Shown: one piece after another, positions 21,184 to 32,613 of the stretch
Numbering within the stretch: position 1 is the first letter of the stretch
Layout of the letters: every line of letters starts with the position of its first letter
DNA from: an uncultured Verrucomicrobiae bacterium
Lineage (GTDB): Bacteria > Verrucomicrobiota > Verrucomicrobiia > Limisphaerales > JAFGQR01
Length of the DNA: 64,000 nt
Reading direction: 5' to 3'
NCBI GenBank assembly: GCA_963788655.1
Contig: CAWBHS010000101.1
Coordinates: 12,163-76,162 of the forward strand
Notes under the pieces: generated by a model
Databases searched by the model: none
Seen by the model: the letters and a program-made list of their open reading frames with translations, nothing else
Told to the model about the DNA's origin: nothing
Made by a program: the position numbers and the translations under genes

Positions 21184-24100
21184 CTACTTCAATTCCGCCA
21201 ATACTCTGGTAGCCTCCGCGAACCAAGTGGCATTGGTGTCGAGAGCTTGAGCTTTCTTGATGGCGGCGCGGCATTCTTCAGTTTCTCCCAACCGGTAGTG
21301 CGCCATGCCCAAGTGGAACAGCAACTCCGCATCGGTGGGGCGTTTCCGGGCGGCGGTTTGCAGGATTTGCACTGCCCGCCGGTGGTCGCCGTGTTTCGAT
21401 GTCAGGATGCCGAGAATCTTGGCGACTTCCGCATCGCCGGGAAAGGCACCGTAGGCTTTGAGCGCATGGTCATAAGCCTTCTGTTCCTGGACCGGCGCTT
21501 GAAAATACAGTTTGGCAAGCTGTTGGTCGGCGGGAGCAAACAGCGGATAACGGGCCAGCACTTTTTCGAAAGTCCGTTTCGCCGCGGTTGAATCGCCCTG
21601 TTGCCGCGCAATGACGCCAAGTGCCATCAGCGCGGGAACATAATCCGGTTCGGCCTTGAGCAATTCCTGAACGTGCGCCTCCGCGGCCCGCGCTTGGTCC
21701 GGCTCCTGAAAAAGTGCGGCTACGGACACGAAACGCCGGGCGTCGTTGGCTTGCGGGAAGTCCTGGTTCAATTGTAATGCTTTGTTCATTTGCGCAGTGG
21801 CCTCGGGCACCCGGCCAACACTGTAATAACTACGCCCGAGATCGTACGCGACTTCTGCCTGTTCGCCCAACTTGCTGGCGGCCACCACTTGAAGGCTCAA
21901 CGCCCATTCGTAGTCTCTGGCGTCGAAGGCCAGGCGGCCCAGCGTATGGGCCACATTGGGATCGTCGGCGTCCAAATCGTGCGCCGTCTTTTCCAACTCG
22001 AACGCTTTGGCATCATTATGGAAATGGCGCAAATGAAGCAGCGCCAATTGGTGCAGTACCGGCACGGCTTTGGGATTGGATTTTAGCGTTCGTTCGTACG
22101 TGGACCGTGCCTGGTTCCAGGCGTTCTGACTTTCATAAAATGCCCCCAAACGCAAAGCCACCACCGGGTCAGCCGGACGCTCATTGCTGGCTTGCTCCAG
22201 GGTGGTCACCGTCGCTGCATCGATGGCTGCCTGGTCGATCGCCAGCATTTTGAGACACCGTTGCGCCTCGTTCTGTCCGGCAAAATCTTTTCCGGAATCG
22301 ACCGCCCGCTGGAAAGCCTTCCGCGCGGGTTCTTCCTTGCCCATCAGGTAATAGGCCATGCCCAAGTGGAAATGCACGTCGGCATCGTCGGGCAACTGCC
22401 GGGCGCTCTCATTCAACAGGACCGCCGCCCCGGGATAATCGCCTTGCTTGAACAGCACCCAGCCCAAGGTATCGGCCACGGGCGCTTCGTGCGGCCGGCG
22501 CTGGCGGGCGCTTTGGGCGAGCTCGTACGCTTGGTCCAGCTCTCCAAAATGCTCGGCGTAAAGGTAGGCCAAGTTGTTTTGAGCATCGCTGAACTCCGGG
22601 TTGATTTTGAGCAACCGTTCGTAAGTCGTCTTGGCGTTGGCGTAGTCCTTGGCCTTCTCGTAAAGCAGCGCCATGGTCAGCAACGCCAACTGGTCCTTCG
22701 GGTTGTGCGTCAGTCGCCCTTCCATCGTGCGCAAGTGCTTTTTCGTACTGCTGCGTCATCGAGTAAATCTGCGCCAGCAATACATAAGCGCCCATGGCGT
22801 CGGGATCGAGTTCGATGGTCTTCAGCAACTCCGCCTCGGTCTTTGGCACGTCGTTTTTGGCCGCATACACTTTGGCCAGCAGGAAATGAAGCCGGGGCGC
22901 ATTGGGCCGCTTGGCAAGCTGCTCCTGGATGCGCTGAAACGCCGCGTCGATCTTCTTCTCCTCTACGTCCATTTCGAGGAGTTCGTCCAATGCCGGCAGA
23001 AACTGCGGCGAGATCGCCAGCGCTTTTTCAAAATAGGAACGGGCTTCAGCGTTCTTTTTTTGCTGACGCAGGATCTGCCCGGCCCAATAAGGAATTTCGG
23101 GATTGGGCGATGCGGACTGCATCAATTGGCGATAGAGCGCCAAGGCTTGTTCGGAGCGGCCCTGGTTGCGATAGGCATCCGCCAACAAGGATTGCGCGGA
23201 TTGGTTGTCCGCGTGTTTCTCCAGGAACGCCGTGAGCGCGGTGACGGCAGACGCGGGATCGCCCCGGCGGGTCTGCAAATCGGCCAGGAGCAAGACGGTA
23301 TCGGCATCGCCGGGATTCCAGGTCATGCCCTCCTGAAGACTGTTAATGGCCGCATCGACGTTCTTGTTCCGGAGATGCGCGAGGGCCAGTTGCGTGTAAA
23401 TCCGGCTGACCGCCGGATACAAACGCTTCAACCGTTCGAGCCGGGTGATGGCTGGTTCGATTCGTCCCTGGGCCAGATCGAGACGGCTCGCCAGCATCAG
23501 CGCATCGTAGTTCATCGTGTCCCGGGCGAGCACTTTCTTCACGAGCGCGTCGCCCTCGGTGTAATTGGTCTGGGCAAAGGTCACTTCCGCCAACCGGTTC
23601 AGCGCCGGCAAGTAATCAGGGGTCGCCTGGACCATCTCCTCCAGGAGCCGTTTGCCTGCGGCCACGTCGCCGGAACTGAGTTTGAATTCCGCGTAGTGCA
23701 ATCGCGATACCGCCCGAGCTGGCGCTTGTTGGATGGCGGTTTTAAACTCGCGGTTGGCTAACGCGAGATTGGTCTGCTGGAGATACCAATTGCCCCAACT
23801 CCAATGAGCGGCGCGGGAGTTCGGATCAATTGCCAGCGCCTGCCGAATGGCGGCTTCGGCTCCGGCGAAATCTTGCTTTCGCAGCAAGAGCTTGCTGAGC
23901 GCCACGTGAAAGGCCGCCGTGTCCTTTGCCTGCGGACGGAGCTGTTCCAGTCGTTGCAACACCTCGTCAATGGCCTCCGGCGCCATCGCCGTGTCAGCCA
24001 GCACCTGCAACGCTTCGGCGTGCGCCGGTTGTTTCTGCAAAACGTAATCCACTTCTTCGCGCGCCCCCTTCAGGTTCCGATCCGCGAGATGCAACAGGGC

Positions 24101-24433
24101 CAGTTTTACGCGGACGTCCAGATTGTCGGGTTCCAGTTCCTTGGCTTTGGTCAGGAAGGCGTGGGCTTTGATGAGCTGGCCGTCGGCCTGATAGATCAGG
24201 CCCAGATGGGCGATGCCCTCGGCGTTCTCCCGCAAATCCAAGTGCAGCACATTCAGGTATTCCAACTCCGCCTCGTCGTATTGGCCGTCGGCAAAATACT
24301 GGTTCGCCCGCTCCAAATGCCGGGCCACCTTCGCCTGGCGGGAACAACCGACGCCGGCGACCAACCCGCCTGCAAGCGCCAGGATCAATAAGCGCGATCG
24401 CTGCGTGACAACTCTGCTGATCTTGTGAGCCAT
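21184..24433 (-). CDS. Large TPR-repeat lipoprotein, PrsT-like (frameshift near 22740)
   Basis: Lipobox VAGVGC and many TPRs including NNLAYL...ADTLGWV; adjacent to a PEP-CTERM-type gene. Confidence 0.88.
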
Positions 24434-24815
24434 GTGATCATCTTGTCTAAATTCAGTTTGTAACCTACGTCGCTCACCCGAGATGAAAAGCCGTTTTCTG
24501 GCCGAAGCGAACGGGACGCGACGATAGCGAGCAACCGGATTTCCGCCCGCACCATTCTGGCAGCAGGAACTCAACCACTCATCCCGAACATCGCGCGGGC
24601 CTATCACAGCCGGAGGCGTGGGACAATTTGCGCGAATGCGGTTTGTGCCAGACCACCCCCGCGCGGGTGGGCACAACTGCCAACGAAAAAGCCGACCGGC
24701 GCTCTTGGGCAGACATGAAGGTTTTCTTCGCTGAATTGTTCCAATAATGGAAGCGCCGCCGGCGACGGCCAAATGCCAACGTCCGTTCGCGCGTGTTCTA
24801 AAAGTACTGATACCT

Positions 24816-24889
24816 GTAGCCACCGATGTGAGGAGGTGGACCTTTTGGCCACTTGGCGCCGGCGAATCCGCCTCACGATCGGCTGTTAC
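24816..24889. repeat. GTAG-type REP doublet, family C, degenerate
   Basis: GTAGCCACCGATGTGAGGAGGTGGA ... TCCGCCTCACGATCGGCTGTTAC. Confidence 0.65.
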
Positions 24890-24915
24890 CAAGCTTGAAA
24901 CAGTCTAAGAGCGCT

Positions 24916-26202
24916 TCAGGCTTTTACCGGTTGATGTTTGCTCAAGTTAGCCGGGTCGAAATCCACACCCAAACCGGGGCCGGTGGGGACTTTGATTTTC
25001 CCATCGACGACGTTGAGCGGCGATGTCTTGCACTCGAATTGCACGTTTGTTCCCAGGCCTTTGAACTCATGATGCGGCATGGCATTGGGCAGCGCGGAAA
25101 CAAAGTGCATCATGTAAAGGAACCCGAGTCCGCCCCCTGACATGTGCGGCGTGCAACTCTTACCAAAGGCGGCGGCCATGCGCGCCACCTGCATGCAGCG
25201 GATCATGCCACCGAAATAATAATTGTCCGGCTGCACGATTTGCAGTGCATCATTGGCGATGAGCCAGCGAAAGCCGTGCAGGCTGTATTCCTGTTCGCCA
25301 CCGGCGATGGGCAGCGAAAGCGCGTTGGCCACCTGTTTGGTTTCTTCATGCCAGTCGAACATCACCGGCTCCTCGAAAAAGCCATATCCGTATTCTTGCG
25401 AGCAACTTGCCCACGCGGATCGCTTCCGCGACGGAATAAAACCCGTTGGCATCCGCATACAACGCCATTTGATCACCAAAGGTTTTTCGGATGAGGGGAA
25501 TCATTGTTTCCGTTCGGCCGGGCGGCCCGGCGGCATGGATATCGGTGGTCATGAACATGAGTCCGCCGATTTTGATTTTCAGGGCATGGGCATTGTATTT
25601 AGCGACATCCCGTTTGATCAGAGCCAAGGATTCTCGACCGATTTTTCGCGGTATTCCGTCGCCTGGTAAACCGCGACTTCCGGGTGATGGATGTCACCAA
25701 TCAATTCGCCGATGGGTTTCTGGGCGAGGCGCCCCAGCATATCGAGAATGGCGAACTCGATCGTGGCGAGCGGCGTACCAATGGAGATCCCATTGAACCG
25801 AAAATTGAAGCCGTAGATAAACACCTTCTTCAAGAGGAGATCGAGGTCCCGGGCATCCTTGCCAAGAAAGAACGGTCGCAGGTTGTGGAGGAAGAACGGG
25901 TAGAGCGTTCTCAGCAGACCGTGCCCAACCGAAATTCCTTCCGCACCGTCCCGCGAACGCACGCGGCACAGGAAACTGTCCTTATACCGCAGCAATTCCA
26001 AGCTCTCGATGATGACGGGGGTGGGGAAAAGCTCACGTTTCAGCACCGGTTGCCGAAGAATTTCATCCAGCCTGGCAAGCCGAGCGTTTTGGCTGCTGGA
26101 GCCCGAGCGCGGAACAGCAGCGCCCGGGGCCGAATGCGGCAACGCGGCTGCCACGCTGCCGAGCAGGCCGGCCTTAACGAAACCACGCCGATTGGTTTTC
26201 AT
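24916..26202 (-). CDS. Tat-exported mandelate racemase/muconate lactonizing (enolase superfamily) enzyme, copy 2 (frameshifts near 25635 and 25400)
   Basis: NRRGFVK twin-arginine signal, EFAILD, KIKIGG, DAN, EEP, GGEQE, VQPD, PTGPGLG. Confidence 0.9.
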
Positions 26203-26454
26203 AGAATGTTTTTCAATCACACCTCAAGATGGAGTGGGCCCTGGTCTTCGCCACAGCGAAGGACCACGCTCATCCTCGTCAATGCCTATTTGGTGACGTT
26301 CGTCACCATGGACAAATTCTTCGAAGTTCTGTGCGAACAAGATCATGCGGACGCGATGGCCAAAACGAAAGCTCCGAGTTGGGCTACGGGGTGAGGAGGC
26401 GCGCATCCCACGCCGCAGCACTCCCCGCAGCTTATTAATCAGAATCCCAATCGC

Positions 26455-26775
26455 GCTGATGACGTTGAGCTGGCTGACCAGCAGGGAATCATTGTTCGCC
26501 GGATTCTATCAATCCATCACCCGTGCCCGCACCGTTTTCTGCCTTTCGGTTCTCCGCACTGGGTAGAAGGCGGCCGCAGGCCGGATGAGGTGTGCCCATG
26601 CCTCATGGTCGAATCGGTATCAGCCACAGGAACTTTGATGCCTTCTTCGATCAATAAATAAACTTCGGAATTCGCCTGTTCCAACAACATGGCCGAACGG
26701 TCTTGGGCTAGTTCATTTATGGTGGTGCCAATGGCTTCGGGCGGCAACGCGGGATTCAACTGCCCCCAAGGCCTT
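26455..26775 (-). pseudogene. hsdR: Decayed N-terminal fragment of a Type I restriction subunit HsdR, interrupted by a REP
   Basis: LNPALPPEAI...DRSAMLLEQANSEVYLLIEEGIKV, then in another frame TVRARVMD*..NPANNDSLLVSQ with in-frame stops. REP-like GAAGGCGGCCGCAGGCCGGATGAGG at about 26565-26590. Confidence 0.75.
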
Positions 26776-26831
26776 GCCCAACCGGGTAACCAAGACATCG
26801 CCTATCTGAACGGCTTGTCGCTAAGAGGAAT

Positions 26832-26848
26832 TACTGACCCGTAGTTTA
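26832..26848 (+). promoter_or_regulatory. Putative controller-protein operator (C-box) TACTGACCCGTAGTTTA upstream of C-R
   Basis: 16/17 identical to the sequence upstream of the MTase on the minus strand (29669-29685). Confidence 0.7.
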
Positions 26849-26888
26849 GCTCGGTGGTGAGATCTGTCTGAAGTGGTAGTTAAATTGC

Positions 26889-27107
26889 GTGCTTCAACGA
26901 AAACTTGGGCAACGCATCGCAACCCTTCGTCGGGCGAAGAAGCTCACACAAGAGCAACTTGCCGAAGCTGTGGGCTGTTCAGTTGATTTCATCAGCCTCG
27001 TAGAGCGCGGCGTAAATGCGCCCTCGGTTGCCGGCTTGGAAAAGTTCGCCAAAGTCCTGAAACTTGAGGTCAAGGAGTTGTTCTCTTTTGGGGAGAAGAA
27101 GCGATGA
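26889..27107 (+). CDS. XRE-family HTH protein, putative R-M controller (C protein)
   Basis: LTQEQLAEAVGCSVDFISLVERG HTH; stop overlaps the endonuclease start (ATGA). Confidence 0.88.
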   Translation: MLQRKLGQRIATLRRAKKLTQEQLAEAVGCSVDFISLVERGVNAPSVAGLEKFAKVLKLEVKELFSFGEKKR

Positions 27108-28009
27108 GTAAAGGGGACGCATACGTTGCGCGGCTAACGGCTACGCTGGGGAGCGTTGCCGAGCACCTACGCGCCAAAGGTATTGTCGAACGTCACCTGA
27201 CTTTCGGAGGCGAGGGGCAGCCACCAACCCGGAAGCCGACCGTGCCGACGGACGCGCGTTCCGAATTCCTCGCCAATCGGGCAATGGGCGATTGGGCCGA
27301 AAAGAGTCTGTCAGCCGCCCTTGTCTGTGCGCTGCCCGAATGGAAAGTCGTGCAATACGGCAGCACCGACCGCATTGCGGCAGGTTATCCCGATTTCAAG
27401 GCGCGTTACCTCGCTGGGCTTGAAGAAACCCGGTGTTTTGGCAAACGGCCGGACTTGCTGCTTTTCCCGGCGAAGGCTTCAGTGGCAGCGGACGTATCCG
27501 AACTCAGACATACGGACACTGAACCGCTGGTGACGCAGGCCGTCGCAGCAGTAGAAGTTCGCTCTAGTAAATTCGAAGCGCTGACTTACATCGCGATCCG
27601 CAAGCGTCAGCGCGAGGCTGGCAACAAGACCGGCAGAGAAACGCCGAGCTTTACGGTGAAAGTCGAGGACCTCGTGATTGTCTATCGCTGGTTGGAGCGA
27701 CATCGTATTTCGCAGACCTATTGTCAGGTGTTCTTCGATTCAGTCTTCGCCATCAACTTCCTCGACATCTTCGCCACCATCGCGAGCGGAAGCGGCTTCA
27801 GCATCGAGACACCGGAGAAGAGTCAGGAGAAGGCGACGATCATGATTCCCATCACCAGCGGCATACAAATCGGACGTGCCACTGCCATCCCAACATTTGC
27901 GGCAGAGCATCGAGTCACGGAACTCGGGCGGCACGATGCGTACGTCGTCCCCCAAGGCGGCGGCTTTGAACTCGACCCGACGGCGACGAAGCAGGTTTTT
28001 CTGGCGTAG
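27104..28009 (+). CDS. Type II restriction endonuclease, AccI-family-like
   Basis: SEFLANRAMGDWAE, KRPDLL, EVRSS (PD-(D/E)xK-type), SFTVKVEDL, QVFFD; lies between a C gene and a convergent MTase. Confidence 0.78.
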   Translation: MSKGDAYVARLTATLGSVAEHLRAKGIVERHLTFGGEGQPPTRKPTVPTDARSEFLANRAMGDWAEKSLSAALVCALPEWKVVQYGSTDRIAAGYPDFKARYLAGLEETRCFGKRPDLLLFPAKASVAADVSELRHTDTEPLVTQAVAAVEVRSSKFEALTYIAIRKRQREAGNKTGRETPSFTVKVEDLVIVYRWLERHRISQTYCQVFFDSVFAINFLDIFATIASGSGFSIETPEKSQEKATIMIPITSGIQIGRATAIPTFAAEHRVTELGRHDAYVVPQGGGFELDPTATKQVFLA

Positions 28010-29647
28010 CGCTGGCTTCGAGGTAACACGCCGCAAGTTTGTCAATGTGCGCCGTTCGCTCGGCCAGCGGCAACTTCTCCAATTCAATCAGCTTGCGCGT
28101 AAGTTCGCTCGGCCTCGGTTCGACTCAATTCCGGCATCACCGGGCAGGGCATGGCTTCAACGTCTTTGGGTTCGAGCTTATTCAAGCCCGTCCCCGTAAA
28201 ACCGGTTCACCTGCGAGAACGCCCGCCGTCCGCCGGAACTGTTCAGGAACACCGTCATCAGCGGCGGCAAGGCTTCGCTGCCAGGTTTGGCATAGAGGCC
28301 GTGGAAACAGGTCAGGTTCTTTGCCCCGGATGGTGTTCAGGATAAACTTCACCGACTCGCGCGAGAACACCGCGACCCAGATGTCTGCTACGGCGCGGTT
28401 TTCCGGCAGATACCAAACCGGCCGATGACTGGGCAGATGCCGCTTCAGGAATGCCTCGATGCTTCCCCAAGTTTAAGGTAACGGATGAGGTTTTGCCCGT
28501 TGCGCGACCGGATTCAGCAGAAAGCACCGCCGGTCACGCTCGGCCAGTGCGTCAAATTTCTCTCGGGTGAACACCAACCCGTCCGCATCCACGGCCTTCG
28601 TGATGCAAGGCTCAACATGCGCGTCCGTCAGATAATGTTCGCGCAGATCCGCGCGACTGAGACAAAAGAAATCGTTTGCTCCCGTCGCGATGCCACGCCG
28701 GCAATTAAAGTAATCGCCGACGCGCTTCGGGAATAACGCTGAACCGTGTCGGTGCGCATTCCGTTGAAAAGCAGGTTCAGCCATTTGTCGTGAGGATCGA
28801 GCAACGTAAGATCAATGCAGCCGTTGCTCAGCGCGTCCGACCATTCCCGGCGCAGAGCTTGCGAACAAACGTCTCCGCTTCCTCAATGGATTCAATGCGC
28901 TTTGCCCACCCAGGAGCATCTCGGCGAACGGCCCTTGTCGAGGAACACGATGGCGCTGGTGGTGAGAGCGTCGGCAAACACATTGAGCGACGGCGCAAAG
29001 ACCACGAAGCGCCGTCGGGCGAATCGCTCGCAACAATCCGCTCCTTGATTTCCTCGCCGAAGTTCGCGTTCAGAAATTCCGCCGGCAGAATAACGGCGGC
29101 GCGACCATCCGGCGCGAGGTCTTCCCAAATCTTAAGCAGGAACAGCGCGTAGAGATTCGTGAGCCGGTCCAATGGCGTGCCGAGGCGCTCCTCAAAATAA
29201 ACACCAGTCCTTTTCCGAGTAGTCGAGCCGGTGCGCCTTCACGTAAGGAGGGTTGGCAATGATGCCGTCGAACAAGCCAGTGTCGGACTTGAGATAATCC
29301 GCCAAAATCAACTTTGCGCCGCGCGGCGCAGTCTCCTTCGCGCGCTGCAACGTCTCGGTGTCCCGCTCCACACCCACCAAGAGCACACCTCCGTCGAGTT
29401 GACGACACGCCGCCAATAACCCGCCCAAACCCGCAGCCGGATCAAGCACTCTGCTCGGCTTCGCTGACATCACCCACTGCGCCATCAACGCTGCTATCGG
29501 CTCAGGTGTGGCGACCTGCCCAAGTTGCTTGGTCTCCCGCTGCCACAAAGCGATCGAAGCAAACAAGTCCGCTCCGCCCGTGGCGACCTCCACGGCGTTT
29601 GGCTCGTAGTAGAGCGAGAGGAATGTTTGATTGTCGCGCAACTTCAT
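28010..29647 (-). CDS. N6-adenine DNA methyltransferase (gamma class), about 545 aa, multiple frameshifts; 3' end approximate
   Basis: LGQVATP, LDPAAGLG (motif I), IIANPPYVK (motif IV), TNLYALF, ILPAEFLNANFG, RRGIATGANDFF, GLNKLEPKD. Confidence 0.88.
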
Positions 29648-29654
29648 CGGCAAA

Positions 29655-29685
29655 AGTTTGCCAGCAGTTAAACTACGGGTCAATA
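29655..29685 (-). promoter_or_regulatory. MTase promoter TTGACC-N17-CAAACT, 7 nt before ATG, overlapped by a second C-box (29669-29685)
   Basis: Minus strand reads TATTGACCCGTAGTTTAACTGCTGGCAAACTTTTGCCGATG. Confidence 0.65.
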
Positions 29686-29763
29686 CAAGTGTCGCCCGAT
29701 TTCCTGTTCATCTTGCGATTGTTCGGCAGAGACCTTGGTCGAATCCCTTCACTGCCTCCCGCA

Positions 29764-31011
29764 CTACCCTTCCACCACTTTCGCCCCCTTCAAAACTTCC
29801 TTCGGCTCGGCGATGCCCACGCCCGGTCCCTGGGGCACGGTAATGGCGCCATCACGGATGTGCAGCCGGGGATGGAACCAATCGCCATAGACTTCGACTC
29901 CTTTTTTGTATTCTTGAAACAATCCGATTTGGGGCGTGCGCGAGGCGAAGTGCAGCATATAGACACAACCGAATCCGCCGGAGATGTGGACGGTGGTCGG
30001 CATGCCGCGTAACTCGGCCATGCGGGCCACGCGGATGGATCGGATCAGGCCGCCGTAATAGTGCAGATCCGGCTGCACGATGTCCGTGACGTGATTGCGA
30101 ATGGCCCATTGGAAACGCCATTGGCTGGATTCCTGTTCGCCGCCCGCCACCGGGATGGTCAACGCTTCTGTGACTTTTCGCGTGTCTTCGAGATGGTCGA
30201 ACGGACACGGTTCCTCGAAATAGACAGCGTTGATGTCTTCCAGCATGCGGCCCACTTCCATGGCGTGCGCCGGATTGTAGGAACTGTTGGCGTCCGCATG
30301 AATGGCCATTTTGTCGCCCAGTGCCTTGCGGGAAAGCGGGATCAAATTCCTGGTGCGACCGGGCAACGCGTCCGCGTTGCGGCTCATGCGTCCGCCCACG
30401 CGGTATTTGACGGCGGTAGCCCCGGTATCCTCGATGAGGCGTTTCAAGTGATCGACCTCCTCCTGCGGCGTGGTGTCGCGCCGGCTGCTCGCCACGTAAA
30501 ACGGCACGCGGGTGCGAATCACACCGCCCAGCAAATCACCCAACGACTTGCCCGTCAGTCGGCCCAGCAAATCAAGTATGGCAAACTCCACCCACGCCAC
30601 CGGGCACCAGAACGCCAATCCCTGAAGCTTGTAATTCGAGCGGAACCGATAGACACCAAAAAGGTGTTCCTCCAAATCCCGCGCGTCCTTCCCGAGGAAA
30701 TAGGGAATGACCAACTCGTTCAATATCGGCGCCAGCAATCGCGCCCGGCCGTTGTCCACGGCAATGCCTTCCGCGCCGTCTTTCGACCGGACGCGCACAA
30801 AGTAATCCCGCCCCTGACGAAGCAGATCGATGGACTCAATGATAACCGGGCTGGTCAATCCCTTCAGGTCGAGGATGGGCCGGGAGGCAGCTTGCTCCAA
30901 GGCGGTATCCTCAACCTTGTCGCTTGGGCCGGCGGTTGAACGAATTGTGAGCCAGGGAATTGCAGCCGCCGTGCCGGCAGTTCCCAGGAAACCGCGTCGA
31001 GTGAATTTCAT
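29764..31011 (-). CDS. Tat-exported mandelate racemase/muconate lactonizing (enolase superfamily) enzyme, copy 1
   Basis: TRRGFL signal, EFAILD, KYRVGG, DAN, EEP, GGEQE, VQPD, PQGPGVG. Confidence 0.92.
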   Translation of the reverse strand: MKFTRRGFLGTAGTAAAIPWLTIRSTAGPSDKVEDTALEQAASRPILDLKGLTSPVIIESIDLLRQGRDYFVRVRSKDGAEGIAVDNGRARLLAPILNELVIPYFLGKDARDLEEHLFGVYRFRSNYKLQGLAFWCPVAWVEFAILDLLGRLTGKSLGDLLGGVIRTRVPFYVASSRRDTTPQEEVDHLKRLIEDTGATAVKYRVGGRMSRNADALPGRTRNLIPLSRKALGDKMAIHADANSSYNPAHAMEVGRMLEDINAVYFEEPCPFDHLEDTRKVTEALTIPVAGGEQESSQWRFQWAIRNHVTDIVQPDLHYYGGLIRSIRVARMAELRGMPTTVHISGGFGCVYMLHFASRTPQIGLFQEYKKGVEVYGDWFHPRLHIRDGAITVPQGPGVGIAEPKEVLKGAKVVEG

Positions 31012-31142
31012 GAGGGGGGCTTAAACGAACGGAACCCGAAGGGCGAGCTTAAATTCCTATGACCGGCCAGGTGAATTCAGAGACAGCTTGGGGGTGGAGA
31101 AAGGTTTGTCAGGATAAAAAGTCGAAGGCGCAAAACGATGAA

Positions 31143-32451
31143 TCAGCTCTGCCCGATGGACCTGGCGCCGACGGGCAACAGATTCCCGTTTGCATCAAAG
31201 CTCAATTCCTCCGGTTCGACTCACCGCCTCCAGATGCGCCTGTTGCCCCACGTAATCCGCCAAGCTTTGCGAGGCTTCCAGATGCTCCAAAGACAACGTG
31301 TCCCGAATACGCACGACCTTGGCGCCGTGCGGTTCGCCGGCGGGCACTGTCGCCAGAGCATGAGTGATGGCTTCGCGATCAGTATCGAAGTGCATTGGAA
31401 TTTTAACGCCGTTCAACGACAGCGACGTGAGCACGTTCTGGTAGGTCTTCTGCCGGTCGATGGCCCGCACCAGCCGGGTCGTAGTAAAGTCGGCCATACC
31501 GACGCCGATGGCGTTACCGTGCGTTTCGGGGGTCAGGTCCCGAACGAACAAGCGCCGGACCATCGGCCGTTGCGACGACGCGTCATTGAGCGCCGAGGAA
31601 TAACCCTGAATATCCCGCCCGATGACGTTCGGGTCCATGCCGGTGCCGCTGATGTCCTTGCCCAACCGATCGACAATCAGCAAATCGATGTCGTCGAAGG
31701 GCAACCGCGGCATTAGACGCTTGGCTTCCGCGAACAACTCGGCCTCGACGCGCTCGAAATCCGCCGCGAGAATCACCGCAATGCGGGCCGGTTGATGAAC
31801 CTGGTTTTCGACGATGCCGACCCCCAACAGAATGGGCACGGTTTTCAAAACGAGCCGGGCCGCTGAGCGAATAACGCGCTCATGTCCCCATTGCCCGGCG
31901 GCGGCGTGAAAACGGGCGGCGCCTTCCTGCTTGCCCAATCCCACCACCAACATTTTCAAAAGGCCACTCCCCTGGACGGCGCTGTCGTAATCCGTGTGGG
32001 GCTTGATGCGATTCACCACCACCACGCCATCGGCTTGCAAAGCTTCCATGGCAGTGCAGACCTCCAATCCTTCTTCGGTGACGCCAATGGGCGAACTCTC
32101 CATGCCGGCGTGAATGGGGACTTCCAACCCCTCTTCGGTCAGACCGTATTCGGCCAGGATTTCGCGTTGGCCCGCCGGGGTGGCGCCGCCATGACTGCCC
32201 ATGGCCGGGAGCAGAAAAGGTTCGGCACCCGCGGCTTTGAGCAACTCCAGCACCGTCGCCACAATCGGGCGCAACTGGGAAATGCCGCGACTCCCCACGG
32301 CAACACCAATTCGCGCGCCCGGCTTGAGCCGTGGTTGAACCCTGGCCAATTCCATCCGCAGCGTTTGCGCGACATCCACCGGCGGCGGCACGGCGAAGTG
32401 CTGCCGGAGCTTGAACATTTTCGGGAACCGGTGTGGTGGATTTGAAATCAT
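31143..32451 (-). CDS. LarA-like/DUF362-type protein (lactate racemase N-domain family); frameshift near 31215
   Basis: VGSRGI, PAMGSHGGAT, NRIKPHT, GLGKQEGA, GKDISGTGMDPNVIGR, HGNAIGVG; tail FDANGNL in the shifted frame. Confidence 0.8.
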
Positions 32452-32579
32452 CTTTTGTTCCCCACAGTGTGAGTTCGCGCCGCCACGCCAGGCAAGCGCT
32501 GTTTTTCTCAATCGCTCCCGCACGGATAAGCAAGAGGGGCTGAAACCGAGCCAACGACGCGTCCAGCACTCAAGGGCAG

Positions 32580-32607
32580 TTGCAATGTTGCTTCCCGGCG
32601 GTAGGCT
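32580..32607 (+). promoter_or_regulatory. Sigma70-type promoter TTGCAA-N16-TAGGCT, 6 nt before ATG (leaderless)
   Basis: Read directly upstream of 32614. Confidence 0.55.
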
Positions 32608-32613
32608 ATCGCC

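Noticed and set aside
26224..26440. Short plus-strand ORFs at the left edge of the R-M island
   Set aside because: No recognisable motif or start context; possibly gene debris, but unsupported.
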